DNA of 64,000 bases from Candidatus Eiseniibacteriota bacterium (GCA_041946735.1 JBHGAY010000006.1:103084-167083); one strand, 5' to 3'. Positions 18,922-29,222 are shown, counted from the first letter of the stretch. A program made the numbers and translations. The notes: generated by a model from the letters alone, not told the origin.

Positions 18922-19311
18922 GGCGTTCCTCCTCGCACGTGGCCGAGCCGCTGCGGCCACGGCCGATCTTCCGTTCGCGCCGATCGGCGACCGGGGGACG
19001 GCTGCCTGGCGCGCTCGCGCGCGGCCTCGTGCCTGCGTGCCCGCGCGAATGGCAGAGTGTAGCAGCCGGCCGCCCGGACCCGGCCCCGAACTTCCCGAGC
19101 GCGGGTAGACGCCGGCGCCTCGTGTGAGGCCGCACGCTCTCTTCAACGTTCTCTCCTCCGGCGCCGTCTGGTTGACTACGAGTCTCGCGACAGGCGGCGA
19201 GACCGGCGGAGCCTTGCGAGGGAGGCCCGCGAGGGGCCGGGGGCTCCCTTTCCCATGAGGACGACAGGCGCCCGGGCGGCAGCCGGGGCGAAAAGCCAGG
19301 AAGGAAGAACC

Positions 19312-22300
19312 ATGAAGAGGCATCGGACCCCCAGCGCAGCGCCGGCGGGCGCTCCCCACATCGCGGCCGCGTCGCGCATTGCGACCGCGCTCTGCATCGC
19401 CGCCGCCCTTTGCGTCGCGGTGGCTGCTTCCGCGGCGGCCCGCCCCGGATACCTGCGGTACCCCGACATCCGGGGAGAGACGGTCGTCTTCACGGCCGAG
19501 GGCGACCTCTGGATCGCTCCGGTCGCTGGCGGGGAGGCGCGGCGCCTCACCTCGCACCCTGGCAACGAAGTCCTTGCGAAGTTCTCGCCGGACGGGAAGT
19601 GGATCGCCTTCGCGGGCGACTACGACGGCAACCGGGATCTGTTCGTCGTGCCGGCGACGGGCGGCGAGCCGGTGCGTCTCACCTGGCACCCGGCGGCCGA
19701 CGAGCCGATGGGATGGAGCGCCGACGGCACGCAGATCTACTTCCGCAGCTATCGCCAGCAACCGAACCTCGGTTGGTTCGCCTATGCGATCCCGGCGAAG
19801 GGCGGGGATCCCGTCCCGCTCGACATCGGATGGATGGTGAACCTCGCGGTCGATCCCGCCACCGGCGCCTACGCCTTCACGCGCAACGGCGGCGGCGGCA
19901 CCTGGAAGCGCTATCGCGGCGGCACGGCCGACGACATCTGGGTCGGCGATCCCTCCCGCGCCGACTTCCGGGCGGTCACGAGCTTCCCCGGAATGGACGC
20001 CTTCCCGATGTGGTCCGGCGGCAGGATCTACTTCCTCTCGGATCAAGGCGGGACGGCGAACGTCTGGTCGATGAACCCCGACGGCAGCGGCCGGAAGCAG
20101 TGGACCGACCTCCGCGACTGGGATGCGCGCTGGCCTTCGATCGATCCCGGCAGCGGCCGGATCGTCTTCGTGGTCGCGGGCGACCTGCACCTTCTCGATC
20201 CGGCCAAAGGGACGGAGAGCGCGATCGCGATCGACCTTCCCAGCGAGAGGAGCCTGACGCGCACGCGCTACCCCGAAGCGGAGCGCTACATCACCGGCTT
20301 CGCGCTCGCGCCCGACGGAGAGCGTGTCGCGATCCAGACTCGCGGCGAGATCTTCTCGGTCCCGGCCGAGGACGGCGTGACGCTGCCGATCACGCGGGGG
20401 AGCGGCGCGCGCGAGGACCGCGTGAACTTCGATCCGAAGGGGGAGCGGGTCGCCTACGTGACCGACCAGAAGGGCGAGCAGCAGATCGTGACCGCGGACG
20501 CCTGGGGGCGCGGATCCGTCCGCGAGGTGACGAAGCCGGGCTCGAGCGCCTGGCACTTCGCGCCGATCTGGTCCCCGGACGGGAAGTGGCTCGCCTACGC
20601 CGACCAGACGCACACGCTCTTCGTCGTCGACGCGAACGGCGGAGATCCGCGCAAGGTCGACCATGCCGAGCAGGGGGAGATCTACGACTACTCCTGGAGC
20701 CCGGACGGCCGCTGGCTCGCGTACTCGAAGCCCAACGATCTCCAGTACCGCTCGATCTTCGTCTACGACACCCGCGACGGCGGGACCCATCGCATCACCG
20801 GCTGGACGACGAGCGACTCGAGTCCCGCCTGGGATCCCGAAGGGCGCTACCTCTATTTCCTCGGCGACCGGACGATCAATCCTGTCGTCGATTGGGGAGT
20901 GTGGGACTTCGAGACGATCCTGACCGCCTCGACGCGCCCCTACGCGGTCCTGCTCCGCGCCGACGTGGACAATCCAGTGGCGGAGACCGAGGGGATGCCG
21001 CCGGACGAGTCGAAGAAGGAGGAAGCGTCGTCGTCGAAGGGTGGCGAGAAGGCCAAGGGCGGCGAGAAGGCCAAGGATGGCGCGAAGTCGAAGAAGAGCG
21101 ACGACGAGGGGGCGATCGAGCCGATCGCGATCGACTTCGCCGGGATCGAGGATCGATTCGTCGAGCTGCCGGTCGAAGCGGGCCGCTACGTGGCCTTGAC
21201 GGCGACCGGCGAGAAGCTCTTCTTCCTCTCCCTGCCGCTCCGCGGATTGCTCGACGAGGGCCAGGATCAGGAGGAAGGCGGCGTCGCCGGCGACCTGCTC
21301 GCCTACGACCTCGAGAAGAAGGAAGCGAAGCCGTTCGTGAAGGGGGTGCGCAGCTATGACCTCCAGCCGAAGAGCGGCAAGATGGCCGTCCTGAAGGGAC
21401 GGAGCGAGCTTTTCGTCCTCGACGCGAACTCGCCTCCCGGCGACGACCTCTCCGAGAACCAGGTTGCCCTCGGCGGGATGGTGGTGGAGCTCGATCCCCT
21501 CGAGGAATGGCGCCAGATCTACTACGAGGGATGGCGCTACATGCGCGACTTCTACTGGGACGCGGGGATGCACGGCGTCGACTGGGAGGCGGTGCGCGAC
21601 CACTACGCGACGCTCCTGCCCCGGCTGGCCACGCGCGACGACCTGGGCGATCTGCTGGCGGAGATGATCGGCGAGCTGTCGACGTCCCACACCTACATCT
21701 GGGGCGGCGATCGGGGTGTCACCTCTCCGCAATGGCCGGCGGGACTGCTCGGCGCCGATCTCGTGCGCGAGGGATCCGCCTTCCGCGTCGAACGAATCTA
21801 TCGCGGAGACCCGGCGGACCGCGTTCGCTCGCCACTCTCCGAGCCCGAGGCGAACGTGAAGGAAGGGGAGTACGTCCTCGCCGTGAACCACCAGCCGTTC
21901 CGCGAAGGGGTGCCGTTCGAGGCGACGATGCAGAACCTCGCCGGAAAGCCGGTCGTCCTCACGGTCAACACGAAGCCGGCGATGGAGGGCGCGCGCGACG
22001 TCGTCGTGAAGCCGGCCGCCTTCGGCCCCGAGGCGGAGCTGCGCTACAAGGACTGGGTGCGGCGCAACCGCGAGTATGTCGCGGAGAAGACCGGGGGCAG
22101 AATCGGCTACGTGCACATTCCCGACATGGGCGGGCGCGGGCTGAAGGAGTTCGACACCTGGTTCTATCCGCAGCTCGACAAGGAAGGGATGGTGATCGAC
22201 AACCGCTGGAACGGCGGCGGGTTCGTCTCCCAGCTGATCGTCTCGCGCCTGTCACGTCACCTCGTCTCGTTCGATCGCTCGCGCTGGGGCGGCGTGTCGA

Positions 22301-22926
22301 CCTATCCGTGGCGCGTGCTGAACGGGCCGTTCGTCGTGCTGACGAACCAGTTCGCCGGCTCCGACGGCGACATCTTCCCGGCGGCCGTGCAGATCCAGAA
22401 GCTCGCGCCGGTGATCGGCATGCGCTCGTGGGGCGGCGTGATCGGGATTCGGGGCGGGCGGGCGTTCGTCGATCAGGGGATGCTGACGCAGCCGGAGTTC
22501 GCGTGGTTCGATCCGCAGAAGGGATGGTCGATCGAGAACCATGGCGTCGATCCGGACATCGTGGTGGAGAATCTGCCGCAGGAGCTCGCGCGCGGCGTCG
22601 ACGCGCAGCTCGACCGCGGCATCGCGGAGGTGCTGCGGCTTCGCGACGAGCGGCCGCCGATCCGGCCGCAGTTCGGGCCCGCTCCGGATCAGAGCCGGAC
22701 CGCCTACCGGCACGAGCTGAACGAGCAGGCGCCGGTGCAGAGGTCGGAGGCGGTCGGAGGGGGAAGCGGCGATGCTCCTGCGTCGGGCGATGCTCGCCCG
22801 GCAGGCGGCGTGGAGGGAGGGAGCGATGGATCGCAAGGAGATGAATCGCAAGGAGAGCATCCGGCAGTACAAGGAAACGGCCCGGCCAGCGGGAATCTTC
22901 CGAATTCGCAACACGGCAAGCGGTAG
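19312..22926 (+). CDS. Tricorn-like S41 protease (signal peptide, PD40 propellers, PDZ, S41 catalytic domain), copy 1
   Basis: GYLRYPDI..F.aEGDLW, WKRYRGG, ELSTSHTY, GYVHIPDMG, RWNGGG, FAGSDGD, ENHGVDPDI, DAQLDRGI. Confidence 0.93.
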   Translation: MKRHRTPSAAPAGAPHIAAASRIATALCIAAALCVAVAASAAARPGYLRYPDIRGETVVFTAEGDLWIAPVAGGEARRLTSHPGNEVLAKFSPDGKWIAFAGDYDGNRDLFVVPATGGEPVRLTWHPAADEPMGWSADGTQIYFRSYRQQPNLGWFAYAIPAKGGDPVPLDIGWMVNLAVDPATGAYAFTRNGGGGTWKRYRGGTADDIWVGDPSRADFRAVTSFPGMDAFPMWSGGRIYFLSDQGGTANVWSMNPDGSGRKQWTDLRDWDARWPSIDPGSGRIVFVVAGDLHLLDPAKGTESAIAIDLPSERSLTRTRYPEAERYITGFALAPDGERVAIQTRGEIFSVPAEDGVTLPITRGSGAREDRVNFDPKGERVAYVTDQKGEQQIVTADAWGRGSVREVTKPGSSAWHFAPIWSPDGKWLAYADQTHTLFVVDANGGDPRKVDHAEQGEIYDYSWSPDGRWLAYSKPNDLQYRSIFVYDTRDGGTHRITGWTTSDSSPAWDPEGRYLYFLGDRTINPVVDWGVWDFETILTASTRPYAVLLRADVDNPVAETEGMPPDESKKEEASSSKGGEKAKGGEKAKDGAKSKKSDDEGAIEPIAIDFAGIEDRFVELPVEAGRYVALTATGEKLFFLSLPLRGLLDEGQDQEEGGVAGDLLAYDLEKKEAKPFVKGVRSYDLQPKSGKMAVLKGRSELFVLDANSPPGDDLSENQVALGGMVVELDPLEEWRQIYYEGWRYMRDFYWDAGMHGVDWEAVRDHYATLLPRLATRDDLGDLLAEMIGELSTSHTYIWGGDRGVTSPQWPAGLLGADLVREGSAFRVERIYRGDPADRVRSPLSEPEANVKEGEYVLAVNHQPFREGVPFEATMQNLAGKPVVLTVNTKPAMEGARDVVVKPAAFGPEAELRYKDWVRRNREYVAEKTGGRIGYVHIPDMGGRGLKEFDTWFYPQLDKEGMVIDNRWNGGGFVSQLIVSRLSRHLVSFDRSRWGGVSTYPWRVLNGPFVVLTNQFAGSDGDIFPAAVQIQKLAPVIGMRSWGGVIGIRGGRAFVDQGMLTQPEFAWFDPQKGWSIENHGVDPDIVVENLPQELARGVDAQLDRGIAEVLRLRDERPPIRPQFGPAPDQSRTAYRHELNEQAPVQRSEAVGGGSGDAPASGDARPAGGVEGGSDGSQGDESQGEHPAVQGNGPASGNLPNSQHGKR

Positions 22927-23203
22927 ATCGCTGGTCGGATCGAGCCCGAACCTGCCGGCGATCCTGAATCGCCAGCGCTTCCAGCTCGAGAACGGCTCGC
23001 ATCCCGACAAGGAGCTTCAGGCGGACTATTCGGCGCTCGGCGCCGGCTCCTTCGAGTTCGAGGAGCTGGACCGGCTCGCGGTTCCCGAGGACCAGCCGGA
23101 TTACGATCCGACGGAGGACCTGCGAGTCCTGAAGGATCTGTGGCTCGAGCGATTGACGGACGCCGGGGTCGATCTCTATCCGCAGTCGCGGTGGCGCGCA
23201 TAG
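22826..23203 (+). CDS. Small GIY-YIG nuclease-superfamily protein
   Basis: GGAG RBS. YKETARPAGIFRIRN..VGSSPNL..NRQRFQL..GSH..LQAD..FEFEEL fits the standalone GIY-YIG (LuxR-associated-like) subfamily. Overlaps the tricorn 3' end. Confidence 0.75.
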   Translation: MDRKEMNRKESIRQYKETARPAGIFRIRNTASGRSLVGSSPNLPAILNRQRFQLENGSHPDKELQADYSALGAGSFEFEELDRLAVPEDQPDYDPTEDLRVLKDLWLERLTDAGVDLYPQSRWRA

Positions 23204-23246
23204 AGACCGGCGCGAGGCGAGGCGAGGCGAGGAAGGACGGCGATCC

Positions 23247-24245
23247 TCAGTCCATCGCGCCGGCGAGCCAGCGCAGCTCGTTCAGGGCGAACTGCTGGTT
23301 GTCGATGCCGGCCTGGTTCATCCCGAATTTGAAGGGCTCTCTCCCCGGGGCGAGGATCACCTGTGCGGACAACATCGCCGCCTCCCCCTGGATGACCACG
23401 CGGCCCTTGCCGGCGCGTAGCGCGACCGCCATCGAGCGGCCCCTCGCCGGCTGGGCCATCGCCATCATCGCCTTGGGGTCCTCGCGCGCCTGCAACGCGG
23501 CTAGCGGCAGGTCGAACGCGTCGTTGGAGAGGAGCAGGAACGGAGTGGATCCGGCGGGACCGAGAAGCGACTGCCCGGTGAAGGCGATGACGCGGCCGAC
23601 CCGCTCCTTCTCGTTCCGTCCCTCGAGGATCGGGTGGTCGCCGAGCGAGCCGCGCTCCCGAGTGAACGCGATGTTCGTGACGCTGCCCTCGGCCTGCAGG
23701 CTGTCGCCCGTGTAGCCCTTGCTCATCTGCACGCCGAAGCGCTCGCCGAGCGCGGCGGCCGCCGAGCCGAACGGCGCGTGGTCGGCGATCAGCAGGAGCG
23801 CCCCCCCGTCCTTCACCCACCGGTAGACGGCCTCGATCTCGTCCGGCTGGAATGCGGGGAGGGCGGCGGCGGAATCGCCGCCGGAATCCCAATCTCCGCC
23901 CAAGGCGTTCGCGATCACGAGGACGTCGCTCCCTTTCAGCGTCTCGGCGCGGAACGGCTCCCGGTTGGGCGCCACTTCGAATCCGTCCGCCCGCATGAGC
24001 TCCCCGAACGCGGCGTAGCGGCCGTCGAGGGTGTGGAAGTTGTGATGAGCTTCGTCGAAGAGGATCTTCGGGTGGCGGGTCGTGAAGGCGGGATCGCCGA
24101 CGACCGGGTGGAACGTCGAGTCGGCCCTCTGCTTGACCTGCGCGGCTGCGGGCGGCGCGGCGAGCACGGCGCCGGCGAGCGCGAGCCACGGAAGCACGAC
24201 GAGGATGCTGCGGCAGCGGCGGGATCGAGCGACTCGAGCGATCAT
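23247..24245 (-). CDS. Secreted DUF4350/class I glutamine-amidotransferase-like protein
   Basis: Signal peptide ending AAA-Q; ILFDEAHHNFHT, DVLVIANA, WVKDGGALLLIADH, GKGRVV, DNQQFALN..WL. Confidence 0.7.
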   Translation of the reverse strand: MIARVARSRRCRSILVVLPWLALAGAVLAAPPAAAQVKQRADSTFHPVVGDPAFTTRHPKILFDEAHHNFHTLDGRYAAFGELMRADGFEVAPNREPFRAETLKGSDVLVIANALGGDWDSGGDSAAALPAFQPDEIEAVYRWVKDGGALLLIADHAPFGSAAAALGERFGVQMSKGYTGDSLQAEGSVTNIAFTRERGSLGDHPILEGRNEKERVGRVIAFTGQSLLGPAGSTPFLLLSNDAFDLPLAALQAREDPKAMMAMAQPARGRSMAVALRAGKGRVVIQGEAAMLSAQVILAPGREPFKFGMNQAGIDNQQFALNELRWLAGAMD

Positions 24246-24322
24246 TTCACACCCCCTCTTCCGGACTCCGGCCCTCGGACTCGGGCTCTCCGACTCCGAC
24301 TTTGCGCCTCCGGGTCCGGCGG

Positions 24323-25228
24323 TCAGAAGCTGAACGAGAAGCCGGCCTGGATCGCGTCGTACGTGAGCGGCGGCGCCGTGTCGAACGGCCAGTTCATGTC
24401 GGACTTCCGCAGCTCGTAGAGGCCGTAGCCGATCGCGTTCTTCAGGAAGAAGCCGACGATAGGCGCCGCGCCCGGGCTTCCGTTCGCGACCGCGTCGACG
24501 AACTCGTCGACGCCGGCTTGCGCGGCCCGCTCGATCCCGGCCGACCCGAGCCACTTCCAGAACAGGTGCCGCGGGAAGACGATCGACCGCTGATAGGAGA
24601 CTTCGATCGCGACCTTGTCGCTGGGGAACGCGGTCACGCCTCCCTCCCAGGACGAGCCGAAGCGATAGGAGCCGTCGAAGGCGCGCAGGCGCACATCGTC
24701 CTCTCGAGGAGGGTCGAGCTCGAAGCGGGTCCATCCGATCCCGGTGCCCGAGTAGGGGACGAGCGCGGAACGTCCCGTGCCCAGGGTGTAGGCGAGCGCG
24801 ACGCGATCGACGAAGCCGAACCGCCACATCTTCGACTCGGCCTCGCCGGACTCGGGAGATTCCAGCGCGGCATCGGAGGAGCCGAGGCCGACCCGGACGC
24901 CGTCGAAGTTCCACCGGATCAGCATCGTATCCGGCTCGACCGGCGTCAGCTTCACGTATCCCGCCTGCACTTCGGCCGTCCCGTTCGCGGCGAGGTCGTA
25001 GGCCAGATCCTTGCGATCGACGGCCGCTTCCCCGTAGCGGATCGAGAGGAAGGGGCGCGTGACGGAGAGTGTGTCCGGCAACGGGCCGAACTCGACCACT
25101 TCGAGGAAGCGGCGGGCCGAGCAGTCTGCCGGACTGAGCAAGCTCGCGGCGACAGCCGCAACGGCGCAAAGAACGAAGACGAGTGCGATCGGGGCGGTGC
25201 GGCCTCGCTCCCGGTGATCTGGCTTCAT
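24323..25228 (-). CDS. Outer-membrane beta-barrel protein
   Basis: Hydrophobic signal region, amphipathic beta-strands, C-terminal AGFSFSF beta-signal. Confidence 0.7.
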   Translation of the reverse strand: MKPDHRERGRTAPIALVFVLCAVAAVAASLLSPADCSARRFLEVVEFGPLPDTLSVTRPFLSIRYGEAAVDRKDLAYDLAANGTAEVQAGYVKLTPVEPDTMLIRWNFDGVRVGLGSSDAALESPESGEAESKMWRFGFVDRVALAYTLGTGRSALVPYSGTGIGWTRFELDPPREDDVRLRAFDGSYRFGSSWEGGVTAFPSDKVAIEVSYQRSIVFPRHLFWKWLGSAGIERAAQAGVDEFVDAVANGSPGAAPIVGFFLKNAIGYGLYELRKSDMNWPFDTAPPLTYDAIQAGFSFSF

Positions 25229-25303
25229 CGACGAAGCTCCTTCCTCCCCGGCGGGGATCGCGAAGGACGGCGGCTGTGCGGCCAACCCGCACGGCAATCC
25301 CGG

Positions 25304-25340
25304 AGGATTGTAGGAGCGGCCGCGGTGACCCTACAATCCT
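25304..25340. promoter_or_regulatory. Perfect 11-bp inverted repeat AGGATTGTAGG-N15-CCTACAATCCT between divergent genes; each arm holds an outward-facing TACAAT
   Basis: Read directly from the sequence; lies between the starts at 25228 (-) and 25405 (+). Confidence 0.6.
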
Positions 25341-25404
25341 GCGATCGCGTGTTTCGAGCGCGGTCCATCGGCGGTCAGGAGGGAAGGGAAGGAGGGAGGT
25401 CGCG

Positions 25405-26550
25405 ATGCACAACCCAGGGCACTCGAGATGGCACGGAAGGCGGGGGTCGCTCTCGATCCTCCTCGCGATCGGACTCGTCGCAGCGGCGCTTACCGCGCCG
25501 CTCTCGATCGCGACGGTGGCGAGGGCGCAGGAGGGCGGCGGGGCCGGGGATGCCGCGGCTGCGGCTGCGGCCGCCGCGAGCGGCGACAGCGCTCGCGTGG
25601 TCGTCGTCGGACAGTGGGTCCCGACATTGGAGGCCGGCCTCAACATCGCTCAAAGCTCCTACACGTCGAACTGGCGAGGCGGCGAGCAGGGCTCGATCGT
25701 CTGGGTCTTCCTCGTCAACGGCACCCTCGAGAACCAGATCCATCCAAAGGTCGACTGGCTGAACACGCTGAAGCTCTCCTACGGCCAGACGCACCAGCAG
25801 GTGCGGGCGGGGGACGATCGGTCTCGCGACTGGGACAAGCCGGAGAAGTCGACCGACCTGATCGACTTCGAGTCGATCGCCCGCTTCACGCTCGGAGGCT
25901 TCGTCGACCCGTTCTTGTCCGGGCGGATCGAGAGCCAGTTCCAGGACGTGTCCGATCCGGCCGGCCGGACCCTCGCCTTCACGCCGATCCGCTTCCAGGA
26001 GTCGGCCGGGATCACGCGGCGCTTCATCGACCAGAAGGACCGCCTCGTGCAGTCGAGGCTCGGCTTCACGTTCCGCCAGAACTCGCGGCGCACCTTCATC
26101 GAGCCGCCCCCTTCGACCAAGACCAGCACGGAGGGGACCAACGACGGCGGTCTCGAATGGGTGAACGACGCGAAGATGAACATCGTGGGGGACCGGATCT
26201 CGTGGACCTCGAAGTTCTCCGCCTTCCTCCCCGTCTTCTACTCCGGCCGGGACGACTTGAAGAACCTGAGGGGGCTGGATCTGTCGGTGGTCGGTCTGCC
26301 CGACGACATCGAGGACTACCCGATGGCCGTCGACCTCGACTGGGAGAACGTCTTCACCTCCCAGATCACGAAGGTGCTGTCGGTCAACCTCTACACGCGA
26401 TGGCTCTACGACAAGTACGACAACAGCGTGAAGCCGATTCCGCTGGCTGGTTATGGACTCTCGAACCCCGACGACGTGCGCCGCGCGGTTCGCAAGGCCG
26501 GCCAGTTCAAGCAGACGCTCGCGATCGGGCTCACCTACCGGATCCTGTGA
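25405..26550 (+). CDS. DUF3078-like outer-membrane beta-barrel protein
   Basis: GGAGG RBS and signal peptide; LNIAQSSYTSNWRGGE, WLNTLKLSYG, KSTDLIDFES; C-terminus QFKQTLAIGLTYRIL. Confidence 0.75.
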   Translation: MHNPGHSRWHGRRGSLSILLAIGLVAAALTAPLSIATVARAQEGGGAGDAAAAAAAAASGDSARVVVVGQWVPTLEAGLNIAQSSYTSNWRGGEQGSIVWVFLVNGTLENQIHPKVDWLNTLKLSYGQTHQQVRAGDDRSRDWDKPEKSTDLIDFESIARFTLGGFVDPFLSGRIESQFQDVSDPAGRTLAFTPIRFQESAGITRRFIDQKDRLVQSRLGFTFRQNSRRTFIEPPPSTKTSTEGTNDGGLEWVNDAKMNIVGDRISWTSKFSAFLPVFYSGRDDLKNLRGLDLSVVGLPDDIEDYPMAVDLDWENVFTSQITKVLSVNLYTRWLYDKYDNSVKPIPLAGYGLSNPDDVRRAVRKAGQFKQTLAIGLTYRIL

Positions 26551-26762
26551 TCCGGTAGGCTGCCGGCCGGGCGAGTCCCGGGCATCGGGCGCTGGGGAGC
26601 GCGGCGTGCGTGCGACGCGCTCCCCCTCGCACCTTCTCCCCTCCTTTCTCTCTCCTCGCGCTTCATAGGATCTTCAAACCTCTGCCCGATGCTCCCCCTG
26701 TCCCAAGCGCCGCACGCGCGCCAGGCGCGCGCGCGCGATGGCGCAACGAAAGGGGAGCGAGC

Positions 26763-28322
26763 GTGGTACGTCCAGGCCATGGCCGTCATCGAGACAAGCG
26801 GATCGCGATCCTGGTCGTCCTGCTGGTCCTTACCGCCGCCTCCGAGGCGGCGGCCCAAGGAGTCCCGTTCAACCAGAGGGACGATCGCTATCCGTTGCTC
26901 GGGCTTCGCCGAGCGAAGGAGGCGTACGAAGTTGCGCGAGAGGATCTCGAGCGCCGGCGGACGCTTCACGAGCAGGGACTGATCTCCAAGGCGGACCTCG
27001 AGCGAGCGGAGAACGCATTCTCCGACGCGGAGGTGAACTACCAGCAGTCGCTGCTCGCCGTCCTGTTCGAGGAGCAGGTGGTCACGGTCTCCTCGGCGGT
27101 CAAGCGCCAGGCGCGGGACGGCACGAAGCGGGTGCGCCTGCTCGTCGCGAACGCCTCCGGAGCGAGCCCGGAGCTGCAGGAGCTGCTCGGGATCGACGAT
27201 CCGATCTTCCGCTCCCTGCAGCCCGACCGGATCCGCGATGTCTACGTCTCGCTCTCGAACGACGAGGGAGCGATCGTGAGCGAGCCGTACGAGTCGAAGA
27301 TCGAGGAGCTGCGCTACGGCAGCCCCGAGGCGATCGAGTTCACCCTGCTGCAGGATCTCGACGTCGTCACGGTGAACCTCTTCTACGGCAACGGCAGCTC
27401 CCGCTCGATGAAGATCTATCTCCAGAAGGATGCGTCGGCCAACCGGGTCGTCGTGCAGGCCGAGCCGTTCTCGCAGGAGATCGAGCTCGGCTCCTCGGCC
27501 ACCTACGATCTGACGCTCGAGCTGTTCTCCAGCGAGGCGCGGACCTTCCGCCTGGAGACGCGAAACCTTCCGCCGCAGATCGACCGGTACTTCACCGACC
27601 CCGCGACCGGGGCGCGCCTCTCGCAGTTCCGATTCCTGCAGAGCGCGAACACGCGGCGCGCGGCGCTGCAGGTCTCCCTTCCCGACCGCGCGACGGCGGA
27701 GATCCCGATCGACCGCTCGATCCCGTTCTACGTCCTCGTCATTCCGGAGGGGCAGGAGCGGGGCGATGCGGCGCCCGGGTCCACGCCGGCTTCCGCGCCG
27801 GCGGCGTCCTCGGAGAGCGCTCGGACGATGAGCGAGGAGGAGATCGCAGCCCTCGGCGTCGGCTACGCGCGCCTGGAGCTGGTCCCCCGCGGCAACGGGA
27901 TCCTGACCGTCAACGCTCCGCAGCTCTTCCACAGGATCCGCGCGAACGAGAGCGTAACGGTCGACATCGATCTGTCCAACGAAGGGACGCGCCGGCTCGA
28001 CAACGTCTCGATGGAGGTCGACGCGCCGCTGCGCTGGTCTCACGAAGTCGCACCCTCGATCGTTCCGGCGCTCGCGGTCGGCGAGGAGAAGCGCGTCCGC
28101 CTGTCCCTGATGCCCGATCGCGGGACCTCGCCCGGGCGATACGAGGTCCGCCTCCGCACGCGGGGGCTGTCCGAGAACCGACCGATCCATGCGGAGGACA
28201 AGGTGATCACGGTGGAGATCTCTCCCGGCTCTCCGATCCTGGCGACGGTCCTGCTCTCCGTCCTGATTCTCGGCCTCGTGACGGGCGTCGTCTGGCTCGG
28301 GATCCGGCTGTCGCGTCGTTGA
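26763..28322 (+). CDS. Membrane-anchored extracytoplasmic protein with N-terminal helical hairpin and NEW3/Ig-like domains
   Basis: Signal peptide; helical AKEAYEVAREDLERRRTLHEQGLISKADLERAE; NEGTRRLDNV..P..W..PG.YEV Ig/NEW3-like domain; C-terminal TM followed by RR. Start uncertain. Confidence 0.7.
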   Translation: MVRPGHGRHRDKRIAILVVLLVLTAASEAAAQGVPFNQRDDRYPLLGLRRAKEAYEVAREDLERRRTLHEQGLISKADLERAENAFSDAEVNYQQSLLAVLFEEQVVTVSSAVKRQARDGTKRVRLLVANASGASPELQELLGIDDPIFRSLQPDRIRDVYVSLSNDEGAIVSEPYESKIEELRYGSPEAIEFTLLQDLDVVTVNLFYGNGSSRSMKIYLQKDASANRVVVQAEPFSQEIELGSSATYDLTLELFSSEARTFRLETRNLPPQIDRYFTDPATGARLSQFRFLQSANTRRAALQVSLPDRATAEIPIDRSIPFYVLVIPEGQERGDAAPGSTPASAPAASSESARTMSEEEIAALGVGYARLELVPRGNGILTVNAPQLFHRIRANESVTVDIDLSNEGTRRLDNVSMEVDAPLRWSHEVAPSIVPALAVGEEKRVRLSLMPDRGTSPGRYEVRLRTRGLSENRPIHAEDKVITVEISPGSPILATVLLSVLILGLVTGVVWLGIRLSRR

Positions 28323-28367
28323 GCCGGCGGACGCGCGGGAAGCGCGGCATCGAAAGCCGGAGGAAGC

Positions 28368-29222
28368 ATGAAACGAGAGGAGGAGGCAGGACCCATGCAG
28401 CAGCAGTCGCAGTCGCGGCAGCAGTCCCCGCGGGACGAAGACGGCCGGCCGGGCGCCGCGAGGCCGGTGCTGGAAGCGATCGGCCTGACGAAGCGATACG
28501 AGGACTCGGTCCTCGCTCTCGATCACGTGTCGTTCTCCGTCCTGCCGGGGCAGATCTTCGCGATGCTCGGCGGTAACGGAGCGGGCAAGACGACAACGAT
28601 CCATCTCTTCCTCGACTTCCTGAGGCCGACGGAGGGGATGGCGCGCATCGACGGGATCGACGTGCATGCCGATCCTCTCGCTGCGAAGGAACGTGTCGCC
28701 TACGTCTCGGAGAACGTGATGCTCTACGGCAACTTCACGGCCGTCGAGAACCTCGCCTACTTCGCCCGCCTCGGCGGCCGAGCGATCACGCGTGACGATT
28801 GCCGCGCGGTCCTGCTACGCGTCGGCCTGCAGCAGGAAGCGCACGACCGCAAGCTCCGCGGCTTCTCGAAAGGGATGCGCCAGAAGTGCGGGATCGCGAT
28901 CGCCATCGCGAAGGACGCGCCGGCGATCCTGCTCGATGAGCCGACCTCCGGCCTCGATCCGCGCGCCGGGCACGAGTTCCTCGGCCTGCTGCGGTCGTTG
29001 CGCGACGAAGGGAAGGCGATCCTGATGTCGACGCACGACATCTTTCGAGCGAAGGAGTCGGCCAACGTGGTCGCGATCCTCGATCGCGGGCGGATCGTCC
29101 TGCAGCGGCGGCGCGAGGAGCTGGAGCACGAGGACCTCGAAGCGCTCTACCTGCGCTATATCGCCGGGGGAGGCGCCGTCCGTACGGAGGAGGGGAGGCT
29201 CGATGTTCCGGCTCTTGGTTGA
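28368..29222 (+). CDS. ABC transporter ATP-binding protein (ABC-2 type)
   Basis: GGNGAGKT, FSKGMRQK, LLDEPTSGLD, STHD. Confidence 0.93.
   Translation: MKREEEAGPMQQQSQSRQQSPRDEDGRPGAARPVLEAIGLTKRYEDSVLALDHVSFSVLPGQIFAMLGGNGAGKTTTIHLFLDFLRPTEGMARIDGIDVHADPLAAKERVAYVSENVMLYGNFTAVENLAYFARLGGRAITRDDCRAVLLRVGLQQEAHDRKLRGFSKGMRQKCGIAIAIAKDAPAILLDEPTSGLDPRAGHEFLGLLRSLRDEGKAILMSTHDIFRAKESANVVAILDRGRIVLQRRREELEHEDLEALYLRYIAGGGAVRTEEGRLDVPALG

Noticed and set aside
22826..23203. GIY-YIG protein as a homing endonuclease or intron marker
   Set aside because: No intron or intein context; it resembles the short standalone subfamily with degenerate motifs.
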